64,000 bases of DNA from the human T2T-CHM13v2.0 reference genome, Homo sapiens (GCF_009914755.1 NC_060925.1); one strand, 5' to 3'; numbered from the stretch's first letter, positions 17,184 through 42,378 are shown. The notes: generated by a model not told the origin, from the sequence alone. Numbers and translations: made by a program.

Positions 17184-17494
17184 GCCCGGGCGCGGTGGCT
17201 CACGCCTGTAATCCCAGCTCTTTGGGAGGCCTAGGCGGGCAGATCACGAGGTCAGAAGATAGAGACGATCCTGGCTAACACGGTGAAACCCCGTCTCCAC
17301 TGAAAATATTTTTTTAAAAAAAATTAGCCAGGCGTGGTGGAGGGCGCCTGTAGTCCCAGCTAATCGGGAGGCTGAGGCAGGAGAATGGCATTAACCTGGG
17401 AGGCGGAGCTTCAAGTGAACCCAGATCGCGCCACGGCACTCCAGCCTGGGTGACAGTACGAGACTGTGCCTCCAAAAAAAAAAAAAAAAAAGAA
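17184..17494 (+). mobile_element. Alu (AluY-like) with 12-bp target duplication
   Basis: 'agatgtaaaata' at 17172-17183 and 17495-17506; 'gagaatggc...ggcggagctt' diagnostic positions. Confidence 0.93.
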
Positions 17495-17619
17495 AGATGT
17501 AAAATAATGTGATACATTCTGCAAGAGTTATGACAGAGTCAGAAAGGGGCAAGCATGTTTCTTCTCTACCCTGAAGCAGCCAAGGGAGAAGAAGATATCT
17601 GTTGCCAACGCTGGGGTGT

Positions 17620-22595
<4,976 letters not shown>

Positions 22596-23649
22596 AATGT
22601 AAATGTATTTCTTACTGTAGACTTGAGGTCAGGAGAGTGGGCTGTACTGGACACATATTGATATTATTTGTATCTATTCCATGTATCACTTTCTCCTAAA
22701 GCATCAAATCTAATACAAAAAAAGAAAAGCAAAACACAAAACCTAGGCTCAAATTCCACCTTGGCCATGTTTTAGCCGAGTAACTCACGTTCCCCGGTGT
22801 CTAATCTTTACCAGAAACTTCCTTATCTTTAACATAGGGAAAAAGCCTTTTCTTCTTTCCAGGGTTGTTGTGGACTCAAACGAGAGGCTGTTAGTGAAAG
22901 GTTTTTGTGAGTTATGAAGCTCCTAGGAACCCAATTATTTCTGCTGCCTTGGCCACATAGTCTAGAAGAATCTCTACATAATTAGCATCTAGAGACTAGA
23001 TAATTTACCCATTATTTTCCATGTGCTTGTCTTATTTCCCAGCATGACGGTAATATTTCCAAGGGAAAGATCTAGGATATATATCAAGTAACGTTTATCA
23101 TAAAAATAATGAAATTGCTAATAACTATTAATTTATTGTCATGTTGAGACTCTGCTCTAAGTACTTTGTATGGACTGTATAGCAATTTATCCCTGCACGA
23201 ATCCTATGAGGTATGTGTATTTATTGTTACTGTTTTACAGATATTGAAACTAAGACACTGAGCCTCTATTTTAGCCTCATGTCTTCTTTCCTTCCAGCTT
23301 TTCCCAGGCAAGTAAATGCAGGCCACAGTCTGCCAGCTGTCCAACCATTCAGGCTTTTCATTATTATAGGAAGCATCTGGCCAAGGACCACCACCATCTT
23401 CCTGTCCTGCCCCTGAAGCTGTGAGTTCCCCAAGTGGAGACACAGCCTGTTCCCCAACACCTACACTCATGAACATGGGAGGGTTGGTCAAAATTGCACA
23501 GCTATCATGCTTAGTTTTATACTCAGGTGTAAGTGACTGATAGAAGGGCCTTTTGGAGGTGGAGAGTGCGCAGGTTCTGAAGAGGCAAGACCGGGGAAGT
23601 CTGGACCTGCTTCCAGAGTGTCCTCCCACAAGGCTTAGTGCTCAGGACC

Positions 23650-24090
23650 TGTAGTGGGTTGAATATGTTCCCTAAAGTTCGTGTCTATCCAGCATCTCAA
23701 AATGTGAACGCATTTGGAAACTGGGGCTTTGAAGACGTAAGTAGTTAAGGATCTTGAGATGAAATCATGCTGGATATAGGATGGGCCTTAAATTCAATGA
23801 CTGGTATCTTTATAAGAGAAAGGAGAGGGAAATTCGGACACACAGAGATGAGTAAGAAGCCATGTGAAGATGGAGGGAGAGATTGGAATGAGGCTGCCAC
23901 AAGCCAAGGAACATCAGAAGCCACCAGAAGCTGAAAGAAGCAAGGAAGGATTCTCCCTGAGAGCCTTTAGAGGGAGCATGGTACTTTATTTCAGACTTCT
24001 GGTCTCCAGAACTGTGGAAGAATACAGTTCTGTTGTTTTAAGCTACCAAGTTTGTGGTCATTTGCTATGGCAGCCCTAGGAAACTAACAC
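23650..24090 (+). mobile_element. MLT1 (MaLR) LTR
   Basis: 'tgtagtgggttgaat...ccacaagccaaggaa...ggcagccctaggaaactaacaca'. Confidence 0.85.
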
Positions 24091-25048
24091 AGGTTGAGTA
24101 TCCCTTATCTGAAATGCTTGGGACTGGGACTGTTTCGGGTTTCAGATTTTGGAATATTTGCATATATATAAAATGAGATATATTGGGGATGGGACCCAAG
24201 ACTAAACACAAAATCCATCTATGTTTCATAAATACCTTATACACACTTACACTGTGCCCCATTTTCTCCAACAACTTGACTTTCTGTACTATAGATAAAC
24301 ATAAATGTTTTCTCTCCCTTTTTTTTTTTTTTTTTGAGACAGAGTCTTGCTCTGTCGCCCAGGCTGGAGTGCAATGGCACAATCTCGGGTCACTGCAACC
24401 TCCTGGATTCAAGTGAGTCTTCTGCCTCAGCCTCCCGAGTAGCTGGGACTACAGGCATGTGCCACCACGCCGGCTAATTTTTGTATTTTTAGTAGAGACG
24501 GGGTTTCACCATGTTGGTTAGGCTGGTCTCAAACTCCTGACCTCAAGTGATCCAGCCGCCTCGGCCTCCCAAATTGCCGGGATTACAGGCATGAGCCGCC
24601 GCGCCTGGCCTTGCTTTTTCTCTTTTAAAATTACTGTTACTCATGGGGTATCTGCAGGCCTTTTTGATATTTTCAACAATATCTTTATACCACAGAGCAG
24701 AGAATAAGCAAAAAAACCCCACAGTGAGTAAGGCACGTAGGTCTTGGCTCCTACATGGGGCATTATGGGGAACGTGCTGTTGACGACACTGGCCTGCACA
24801 CATGCCATTTTATGACCCTTTGTGGGTGTGTGCACGTTGGGGAAACCGGGCATGTGCAGAAAAGATATATCTCAGCGGAAAGGGGCTGGGAGGGCCTTTT
24901 ATTTCCTTGGGGGAAATACTGTGCATTGTATGACCCGTTGTGTGAGGTCAGGTGTGGAATTTTCCACCGAGGCACCACATTAGTGCTCAAAATTGTTCAG
25001 ATTTTGGAGCCTAGGGTTTCGGATCTTCAGATTAGGGATGCTCAACCT
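24089..25048. mobile_element. Tigger4/MER46-type DNA transposon with nested Alu (~24319-24610, -)
   Basis: Terminal inverted repeats 'caggttgagtatcccttatctga' and 'tcagattagggatgctcaacctg'. Confidence 0.85.
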
Positions 25049-25504
25049 GTACAACATCCTTGCAACAATCTAGGTGTGAGCTTTCCTCAAGAGCAAGAAG
25101 AGCTTGCCACTTCTGCTATATGACCACGGTGAAGCCAGCCTGTCACCCTCCTGCCCTGGATGACCCCAGGGAGCTCTACAGAGGTCCATGGCTGGGGGAG
25201 GCCAGCAATTGTCTAGGAGAGCTCAGTCCACTTGCAAAGACGACAGATCTCTCTACAAATTCTGGGCTGAGCAGGTGAAGGAGGCTGGTCAGGCCCATGA
25301 AGGAGCCTAGTCAGCCGTAAGGAAAGGTTCACTGTGGGGCCCCCGACTTTCCATTCCTGATCTCCTTTTTACCTCTGCTGCCCACTTCCTTTCCTCTTTC
25401 CCTCCAAGTATACCTTATACTCTGCTCCTGATGACACTCAGATCTCCCCCCGCCCCCCCGCCCCCATCAAATATAAAGAGCCTAGTGACTTTTGTAAGAA
25501 CGGT

Positions 25505-26310
<806 letters not shown>

Positions 26311-27514
26311 AATGTGCACTCCTTTCTAAAGTATTTATCTTCGAGCACTGAGGGGAACTCTGCCTTCAGCTAAGGCTACACAACTATCCTGATGGTGGAC
26401 TGTAGCAACTTGTAGGCAAGGGGTACAGCTCAGGGCAGCTACCTCTCCCTCTTCTCGGGCCAACCTGGAGGAAGTTCCTTCCAGAGTCCAGGCTATACTT
26501 GCTTCTGGCCTGCAAATTCCCGAGAATTCTTTGAAACCTAGGAGGGGCCTGGGTATTATGCCGTTTTGAGTGAGAATTCAGAGGCCAGTGGAATTAGGGC
26601 AATCAGGCATTTCCTGATCATCTGCTATGCTCCAGGATGCTGACTTGAAGAGATGAACAAGGCAAAATGCCCATTCTGACGGCACTCAGAATTTCACGGG
26701 GAACTGGAAGGATAAATGAATCTGGGAGGAACTGCTAAAACAGGTAGGAGAGGGTAAGCTTGTTAGAACCTGAGAAGAATGCTGTCTGAAAAGGTAGAGA
26801 AGTCAGGAGAAGCAGTGAGGCCCTCAACCCTGTGTGTCACAATGCCTCCTGTCATTTCCTCTCTGAGTTTCCAGTACAAGCTTCTCGGTGGCTGTTTTCT
26901 GCCCAAGCACATGAACTTTGGAAGACCTAGCACTTTGGACAAAGTCCCTGGCCCTGACACTTAATAGTTTGGGGAACTTGGGCAAAATACTCAAAGCTTC
27001 CCAGTCTGTAAAGTGAGAATGATAAAACATCTGCCTTCCTTGCAGGATTGTTGTGGTGATGTGTAAGACAAAATATCAAGCATAGTCAGCAGTCACTGAG
27101 CTTAAGGAATGTTAAGTTATAATCATTATTTCTGAACTTCAGTGCCCAATATGACCCTGTTGACACCTCCTTTGCCTCCTTGGGACATACTCTCTTCTGG
27201 TGGTCCTCATCCCTTTCCAGCTATCCTCTGTCTCTTGGTATTCTCCTAATCTACCAACTCCCATCAATGTTCCTGCTTGCCCAGGGTGCCTGTCTCAGTC
27301 CTCTTCTTTTCTCCCTAACCCCTGGGAAGATCTCATCAAATTCCCTGCCTCTCGTTTTCCTTATCGATTTGCTGAGGGCTTACTCACAAGTTTCTCCAGC
27401 TGAGACCCTTTACTGATCAGAGTAATAACAACTGGTGGATGTGTTCTCCTAGGTAGAGAACAGGAATCTCAATTTTTAATGTTGGGAGGGACTTTATGCA
27501 TCTTTTTGCTTTCA

Positions 27515-28988
<1,474 letters not shown>

Positions 28989-31798
28989 TAAGACTAATCT
29001 GAAAGTGCGGAACTCTGTGTACCTGAAATGATTACATTTTGATATTGACATGAAAAAATTGGGTACTACTTTGCCCCAGTTTCTCAACCCAACAAAGACA
29101 TTCCAAAAGTTTCCTATGGGGCCTAGGAAGGTTGGCCTTCACAGGATAGTGGCAGGAGTGTTAACTTTGTCCTATTACCAAAAGGTGTCAAAGCTGTTAC
29201 TAAATTGTCTGTGTCAGTATCGGAAACCCCGACAGCACTGGAGAATTCCTCATGGTCCTTCCAGACCATGGTCACAGTGAGAAGCAGATTCTGTTGCCCT
29301 GGCCCTGTGGGGAAATCCCCAAGATGGCTGCTGATAGTTAAGGAAACAGTGTCCTGCCATGGCCTGACCCTAGGCTGGGTGAGAGAGAGTGGGTCAGACA
29401 GGCTGCACTTCCTCAGTGAGTGTGCATACACCTGTTCGCACTGCCTATCGTTTCCTCACCCAGTGTGAGAGCAGGGGGCTCAGTTGGGCTGAGTGGAGAA
29501 TTCATGGGACCTTTCCATGGTCAAGGCCCAGAGCTTCTATTGTGTAGCATCCCTGGAACAGAGAACAGGAGGCAGTCACAAGGCCCCAGCTTCAACCTTT
29601 GACAGTACACCAGAAAAGACCAAGTAGTGAGGCCTCCACTGTCTCACACCAGCCAAGAAAGACCAGGTCTTAGACTATCCAGTGTTCCTGCCTCTCTTTC
29701 ACGGTGCTGTATCTGGGGAATGAATACTCCATTGTCATAGGAGGGGCAGATGCGGGCGGAAGACTCAGAAGGGTCAAGGTAGGACATAGACATTCCCACT
29801 AAGCTAGAGACCCCTGAACTGCCATAGCCATGACATGCACACGTTGTCCTCAAATCCCAGGGCCATGGGCAGGTCTTGGATATCTTTGGAATTTTAAGTT
29901 GGTTGGCATCTGTCTAGTTTTAAACCTGATTTAGGTTCAGTTCAACCAGGGAGTATGATTCTTTGGGGAGAGGGCCCTGACCTAGAAATCTACATGCTCA
30001 GCGGTCTGCTCAGCCACTAATGGCTCTGACACACTGGAAAGGCACTCACCCTCTGGGAGTTTCAGACTGTATCTTTGAAAACAAAATTCAGTGGATGGGG
30101 TGCAAAGGTATTGTCCTCAACAGCTCTAAGTTACTACTTCTAACTCACAGAGCACATATCACAAAGGATCCCACTATCCATTGTCGGTCTGAGCAGGGAA
30201 TGAGACTTTGGCAGACCATGAATCCTGTATTAATTTCTAGGGGGACTATAACAAAATACCACAGACTTGGGGGTTTAAACTGAGATTGCACCACTGCACT
30301 CCAGCCTGGGTGACAGAGTAAGACCCTGAGTCAAACAAAAAAAAAAAAAGTGTATACATGGGAGCACTCTGTGATGAGTAACTCAAAGGAGTGGTTAGAA
30401 TTTGGGATCTACCTAGCAGCAGGGGAAAAGGAGGAGGAGTAAAGGACATATGGAAAACCAAATGACTTTTGAAAAGATAAATGGGCCCTTAGAATAGATG
30501 GAAGATTCGAGTCTTGTGACAATGTCTATTTGGGTGTGGTGACCACTTCTCATCTCCGAGGTTAGATTTGCTTCTAGTGCTGAAGAAGATTTATGACAAC
30601 TGAGTTAAAAATTTGAGATTTGCGAGGAGGATCTGCTATTAAACAGGTAAGGGATTTTAGCTGTTTGTTTCAGCTGAAAATAATTCTTAAGTCGAAACTG
30701 GCACATTTGGAGGTAGCATGTCCTGATCCCCTTAAAAAGGGAACTGCACAGACACCGTATCTCTGATTCTGCCCAGGGTCCTGTGCCCTCTGACACCAGA
30801 AATCACCACTTCTCTCAGCCTTGTTTTGCGGTTGTTTTATCATGTTGCAATTTGGTTATGTCTTTTCTAATAGTGTTTAAAAGCAATCAAAGGCAGGAAC
30901 TTTTCCTTTTATAAACTATTGTTGAGCTTATATTGGACACTGAACTAAGTGTCAGTTTACAAAAATGAATAAACAAAAATCACTGCCAGTAGGGAACACA
31001 CAGCCAAGATGGGGGAGTAGTAAGATGTAAAGAGATGTAAAATAATGTGATAGATTCGGCCAGAGTTACTAAAGAGTCAGAAAAGGGCAAGCATGTTTCT
31101 TCCCTGTCCTGAAGCAGCCAAGGGAGAGGAAGATATCTGTTGCCAATGCTGGGGTGTTGGTTTAGGCATGTAGATGCTGTGATGCGCAGTGGAACCGTTC
31201 AATGAGCAGACAGGAGAACCAGCTTTATGCGGGGAGGGAGAGAATTGCTCCCCTCATCCCCCGTGAGTCACACCCTGGAGATTATAAGTTTAAACATTTT
31301 GATTTCGGGAGATTTTGAGTTTTGGGCTTAAAATGACTGAAGAACCACCAGGTGGATCTACGTGTCTCGAGTCCAGAAGTCTGAATACAGATTTACGATT
31401 TATGAGCACACAGAAGGTGGATCCAAGGGAGAGATTAAACAGGGCACAGAAGAGTTTTTAAAAATAATATTTTTCGGGAAAAAAACCCCAACAAAACACG
31501 ATTCTTTCAGCAGAAACCAGAAGATTTTCTCATAGACTCTCCTACAGAGAGCCCTGATAAAGTAATAAACATGCTAACAGTAAGAACCCCAACCAATTTC
31601 ATAGGGCAGTTTGCGGTAACTACTCCCAGTATGGAGCAGACAGTCCTCTTGCAAAACCCGATTTAGCAAACTTTGCTAGCTCCATGTGGGGCCTCCAAAG
31701 GACACAGCTGGGCACTAAATCCTGGCTGAAAACAAAGGCCGATTTAGAGGATCCGTAGAAACGGATGCACAGAATATCCCTCAGTCTTCTCTATGTAG

Positions 31799-32100
31799 CA
31801 GGCCCTCCATATACGCGGGTTCCCCAAGACCGAAAATATTAAACAAATGAATTTCTTTTTTAAAAAAAAGTACAACAAAAGATAGTAAAAATAAAAACAG
31901 TATAACAATTACTTACATAGCATTTACACTGGATTAGGTGTTACGAAGTAATTTAGAGACTATTTAAAGTACACGGGAGGATGTGCATAGTTATGTGCAA
32001 ATACTACGCCACTTTCTATGAGAGACTTGAGCAACCTGGATTTTGGTATCGGCGGGGGCCCTGGACCAATCCCCTCTCAGTTCTACCGAGGGAGAACTGT
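31799..32100. mobile_element. MER2 DNA transposon relic (mirror ~62003-62304)
   Basis: 'tgcatagttatgtgcaaatactacgccac...gacttgagca...ggattttggtatc...ccaatcccc...accgaggga'. Confidence 0.8.
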
Positions 32101-32682
32101 TTTGTTTCTTCCAGCACGGCTTTGACCGACAGTGTGTTGGGATTCGCTGACGTCCATGAGAAAGCTTGGCAGCATGCTGAGACCAATTTTCCCAGGGCCA
32201 GAATTCTCCTGTGTGAGCTAAAATACAGTGGCTCGGTCCAACAAAACAGAGCCTGGAGCCAGGAATTATGGCGAACCTGCTCCCTCCCGTCCTCCCTTGG
32301 CGCACAGATCCCTGGCGCCGCCGCTCTTGAGGTCGCCTCTCGCGTGTCGACCTCATCGTCGGAACGGCGCTTCCTGAAGCTTTATATAAGCACGGCTCTG
32401 AATCCGCTCGTCGGGATTAAATCCTGCGCTGGCGCGCTCCTGCCAGTCTCTGGCCTCCATTTGCTCTTCCTGAGGCTCCCTCCAGAGACCTTTCCCTTAG
32501 CCTCAGTGCAATGCCTTCCGGGCGTCCTCAGACCAGACACAGGCCAAAGCCACTACAGAATCCGGAAGCCCCGGTTGGGATCTGAATTCTCCCGGGGACT
32601 GTGGCGTAGCGGTTAAAAAAAAAAAAGAGTGAGAGGGACCTGAGCAGAGTGGAGGAGGAGGGAGAGGAAAACAGAAAAGAAA

Positions 32683-33137
<455 letters not shown>

Positions 33138-33172
33138 GCCGCCGCTCCAGCTTTGCACGTTTCGATCCCAAA

Positions 33173-33214
33173 GGCCCTTTTTAGGGCCGACCACTTGCTC
33201 ATCTGAGGAGTTGG
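33173..33214 (+). terminator. Stem-loop GGCCCTTTTTAGGGCC (33173-33188) and HDE-like GAGGAGTTGG (33205-33214)
   Basis: 6-bp stem and 4-nt UUUU loop read directly. Confidence 0.92.
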
Positions 33215-33376
33215 ACACTTGACTGCGTAAAGTGCAACAGTAACGATGTTGGAAGGTAACTTTGGCAGTGGGGCGACAATCGGATCTGAAGTTAACGGAA
33301 AGCTACCGCGGCCCATAGCGCTCACAGCCGTAAAGACTTAAGTCGTTGACCGAAAGCGGCTTTTTCACTTACCTGG

Positions 33377-33407
<31 letters not shown>

Positions 33408-34418
33408 GCCTTTATCGGTATGAAAGGTTGAATGCTCTAGGTTTGAGCACTGCTTTCTCGGCTTGCTCTTCTGGTGCAGTATAGGCACACCTAGAGGGCC
33501 ACGTCAGTCTTTGCGATCACCAAATCTGGTTCTGAGAAATAGGCACTGGCAATTTACACATGCCTTGCTGTGTAATCTCACTATATTTGCTCAGGCAAAG
33601 TGGGAGAAGCAGCCTTAGGTTTTCATTCTAGAGATGCCGGCTTTCCCACCTGATCGGCTTAGAGTTCACGATTGACTGTTTTGGGCTTCATTTCACCCTC
33701 TACATAACAAGCGGGTGGACTAGATGCCTTAGCAAGGGTCCGTGTTGTGTGGTGTCTCCAGCCACGCACTCAGCTCAATCTTAGCACAGTTAAAAAATGC
33801 CTTTCTAGCAAGTTATCTGCCCAGTGCCTGAAAAGTATCATTTCTTGTGTTCAATAAAAAGCCTCCTAATTTAATCAAGGACCTATGAGATAACTGTCTT
33901 TTAGTTGTGGCATTGCAAGGATACAAATGCAGAGATATTTTAAAGTGATCCTTCTGTAAGAGTGAACCAACGATATGATCTGAAAGCAACTTCACAGGTA
34001 ATTCAGGTATGTGACTTCTACCTCTTAGGGCCTGTTGTAGCTTAGAATGAGAGACCTGCAGAAACATGCCCACCATCAATACAGAAAGCACAATTTAATT
34101 TTGACAAGGCCAAAAGCCAATTCTGTATCAGCATGGCGTATATTACAGCAAGCTATTCTTTACGCTACCACCTCTAAATTGCCCTAATTTGGATTAAAAT
34201 GTGGGTTCACATTTCTAATCCTTATAGTTTTGCAGCCATTGCATTGCCCGTAAGATTTTTTTTTTCTTCATTCCAGGCTTATGATTTTACTGTGTATGTA
34301 TTTGGGAGAAGAAATTCTGTCAGCTCCCAAAGGATAAACCAGCAGTTGCTTTATTGGTCTTCAGATGTGGCTGCAAACACTTGAGACTGAACTAAGCTTA
34401 AAACACGGTACTTAGCAA

Positions 34419-34525
34419 TCGGGTTGCCAGCAAAGCACTGGATGCAAGCCTTGCCTTCCAGAAGCTTACCAGTCGGGTTGCCAGCAAAGCAGTGGATGCA
34501 AGACTTGCCCTCCAGGAGCTTACCA
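34419..34525. repeat. 54-bp tandem duplication (mirror 59579-59685)
   Basis: 'tcgggttgccagcaaagca...gcttacca' at 34419 and 34473 with about 4 mismatches. Confidence 0.9.
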
Positions 34526-35071
34526 TCACAACGAAGAAGACAAATAAATGCATAATATATAGACGACATAAATCCATACTGTACACATTTAAGAATAAAC
34601 AGTCCAGTAGTAAGAGGCAGTACATATTCAATCTGCTGAGAAATGTAGACAATAACTACTATAAGAATCCTAATGCTACAGAAGTCACTGGCTGCTGGGA
34701 AACCGGGGAAAACTTGGCTATGGACGTGGGGGCTTGTGTCGGACTCTGAATAAAGAGCAGAATGATTGGCGTCCTACTGAGATACATAGTAAAGGGGGCG
34801 AGGGCAGGGAGGAAGTGGCAAGAATAACATTTGTGAAGATGTCCAGGTGAGAAATAGAGGTTTTAATGCTCAAGATGTTTCCTTTTCCCTTTTAAATCTG
34901 ACCTGTGATTTCCAGCATTGCTATTTCGAATATCACTGATTGTTTTTAACTTTAAAGGCAATGCTGATGAATATATCTGATCCGCACCAAGATCCACTAA
35001 AGAAGGAGATCAAAAATTTGAAGATAAAGCAGAAAGGGAGTGGGGGAGAAAACACGTCCATTGTCTGAATT

Positions 35072-39030
<3,959 letters not shown>

Positions 39031-40813
39031 TCAGAGGAAGAGTATTTCTTTACCCTATCCTTAATTATCCTTTAACTCTCACCTGAGGGTAGACAATGAT
39101 TTAAGTACAGGGAATGATTAAATGTTAAAACTTAACATTTTAGAATGTTATCTTGTATTGATGAATTCAGCTTATGCTGGTCTCGCAAACAAATACGAAG
39201 ACTGACAGATTCCTGTGAGTGCAGGCCTTCACAGTGCCAGGACCACAAGATGTAATGAATTCTATTCCTGACTGGATATAAAAAATGCCACGAAATTTTC
39301 CTTTTGAGATTCAGCCAGGGAGACCTCCTGGAGTTTAGAGGTACCCAGACTGGTGAGTAAAAGGAGTGTGACCTTGTGGGGGCAGTCAGAGGACCTAGAT
39401 GTCTGACACCAACATCCCCAGGTTCCAGTCTCTGCTCAGTTACTACTGGGCCTGAGAAGCTGGGTGCAGAGATAGTGACCCACCCACCTCTGAAAGTCAC
39501 TACTTTTTGAAGTCAGAATACCGCCCATACATTGTGGGCCTAAGCAGGTTACGAGGGTCTCGGCAGAGACCCAGAGGCATGCTCTAGAAATTGCTGTGAC
39601 CCTGGAGCAGAAACATGTGGCAGTCCCCAGCAGAGCTCACCTACGCTGCTCTCCTCGCTTAACACGCCTCAGGAAAGGCAAAATGGCAGCTTTACAAAAC
39701 GAAGTTTTATTCCATTTCCCCTTCTCCCCTCTTAATTCTCATAGATCGCTGCAGTGAATGCTTTTAACCTGTCAACTGTGATGAAACAAACAGAAAACCG
39801 AAGCCCTGGCTTCTTCTGAGGTGCAAATAAATGACCGAGAAGGTGTTATCTAAGACCTCTACAGCCATTTGTATCTGGCCGTGTGTAGAGTGGGCTCTGC
39901 AAGACCCTGCCTCACTTTCCCACTAAGAGGCCTTGGACTTCCCAGCTCCCAGAGACTGTAGAGATCACCTCTGTGGCCTCCTGTCACGATTTCCTAAGGC
40001 GAAGAGCTTCATTTGCCCAACGGAGGCCCACGTTCTTCCTGTCTGATCTACTGTCTTCCCAAGGATCTGAACTCGGGCACCAGCGTCTGCCCACATGTCC
40101 GACGAAAACAACGTAAAGGAACTACTGAGTCTGGACAGAAAATCCAGACATACCATGCAGCTTCTAAGAGGACCGAGTGCCTTCACTGGAATAGTGAATC
40201 TCCTTCTGTGGACATGGACAGGGAACGGCTCGATAAAGCCCAGATTCACAAAATTCCGCCCACACCCCGTGCCCCCGGGAATTTTGGCTTAGGGGCAGGA
40301 TATGGGGGTTACCACTGTGCTAGTGGAGGTGGCGCGGGGACTGAACGGCAGCCCCAGCGCAGTTCTCCCCACGTTTGTCCGCAGAACCCCGGCGAGGCCG
40401 AGGTGGTCATTTCCCTCCCTAGCCGGATGGCCGCGCCGGGTGAGGCCGGTTTGGGCGCGAAGCACGGGCGTGTGGCGCTCCACTTCCGCAAAGGCCAGCC
40501 GCGCTCAGGACCGCGAGCCCTGAGCGTCCCCCTAGTGACCCCTGGCCTCGTGCCCGACGCCCCGTCTCTCCTGCCCCGGCCCCCCCGCCACGCAGGGCCC
40601 CGGTCACGCGCGGGGGGAGCCGGACCGCCAAAGCCCGCGAGCCGGCGCCCAGGAAAGCGTCCGCAGCCCGGCCAGTGCGGATAGGCCAATTGGCCGAAGT
40701 CGGCAAAGCTCAAGACGGCACCGCAGCAGGGGGACCCGACCCCGTTTTGTTGGGAGCCTAAGCGGAAGTGCCTTCCCCGCTCTAATGCCGGAGGAGCACG
40801 GAGGGCAAGCGGT

Positions 40814-40857
40814 ACAGCTTCTTCCAAGTGCTGATGTGGGTGGCTCTGAAAAGAGCC
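40814..40857 (-). terminator. Stem-loop (40842-40857) and HDE (~40814-40825) of H3C14
   Basis: Minus strand GGCTCTTTTCAGAGCC-ACCCA then GGAAGAAGCTGT. Confidence 0.95.
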
Positions 40858-40896
40858 TTTTGGATACGATGGAACCTCCGGCCGAACCGCCACTTC

Positions 40897-41460
<564 letters not shown>

Positions 41461-42336
41461 CCCGTCCTAAAGTCACCGGTTGGCTTGGGCAGATTCCTCC
41501 CTAATCCCGCCCACCCCGCCTCACTTTCTACTTACCAGTTGGCGAAGTTTCGCAAGCTTGTTTTTCCCCTTTCCTTCAGGGTGAAAGTCATTTTCCATTG
41601 CAGCTTTGTCAGATTGTTCCCTTTCCGCCCTTCGCTTCCTTAGAACACACTGCCCGCAATACCCCCCCTTTCTTGCTGCGCCCTACAGCTCCCGCGTGGA
41701 ACCTCATTCTTCCATTTGCCCCCCGCCCCCAGTTGCTACTTGGCGGATCGTTTTTCGCCTGTCGGGTGCCTTTTGGGTGGGAGAGGTGCCCGCCCCCAGG
41801 ACGCAAGATTCCGCCTCCGAGGCCCTTACTCTCCGCCGCCAGGGCGCTTTGGAAAACAAAACAGAAACTAAGACTTAAGTCAGCTCAGTGAAGCCAAGAC
41901 CCAGCTCCGCCACACTAGCGAGCACTACCCGCTCAGGGCCCTCCCCATCGGGGGTGGGGACGAGGAGCACGTCCCGCTGGTGCCAGACTAGGTCTAAGTG
42001 TCCGGCCATAGCCTGCGGAAACCACTAGGGAAGCGCGCGCTCCGCGCGCAACACTTCAGCGCGTTGGGTACTGCCCGCGGCGCTGGTGTTTGTGACTGTG
42101 TGGAGCGGACCGTGGCGGCGCCCAGGACGTTTGGTGCCTGCACCTGCCCTGGGAAGTCCTAGGACTGGGGACCCACTCATCGAAGAGCCAAGGCAGTTAC
42201 GTGCTCCAGATGGAAGACGGCGCGCACACACACACACCCCGCCCCGCCCCGCCCCGTCCCGTCCCGTCCCGTCCCGTCAGCTCCAGGTTCGCTATTCACT
42301 ACTGAGGAACGCTGGACTGAGAGTGGCCAGCATTAA

Positions 42337-42378
42337 CAACTCTTTTATTTGAAAACGTGGGTGGCTCTGAAAAGAGCC
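42337..42378 (-). terminator. Stem-loop (42363-42378) and HDE overlapping AATAAA (42344-42349) of H2AC18
   Basis: Minus strand GGCTCTTTTCAGAGCC-ACCCA...AAATAAAAGAGTTG. Confidence 0.95.

Noticed and set aside
31981-32616. 211-aa ATG-initiated ORF upstream of H4
   Set aside because: Starts inside a MER2 relic and runs through GC-rich promoter sequence; no recognisable domain
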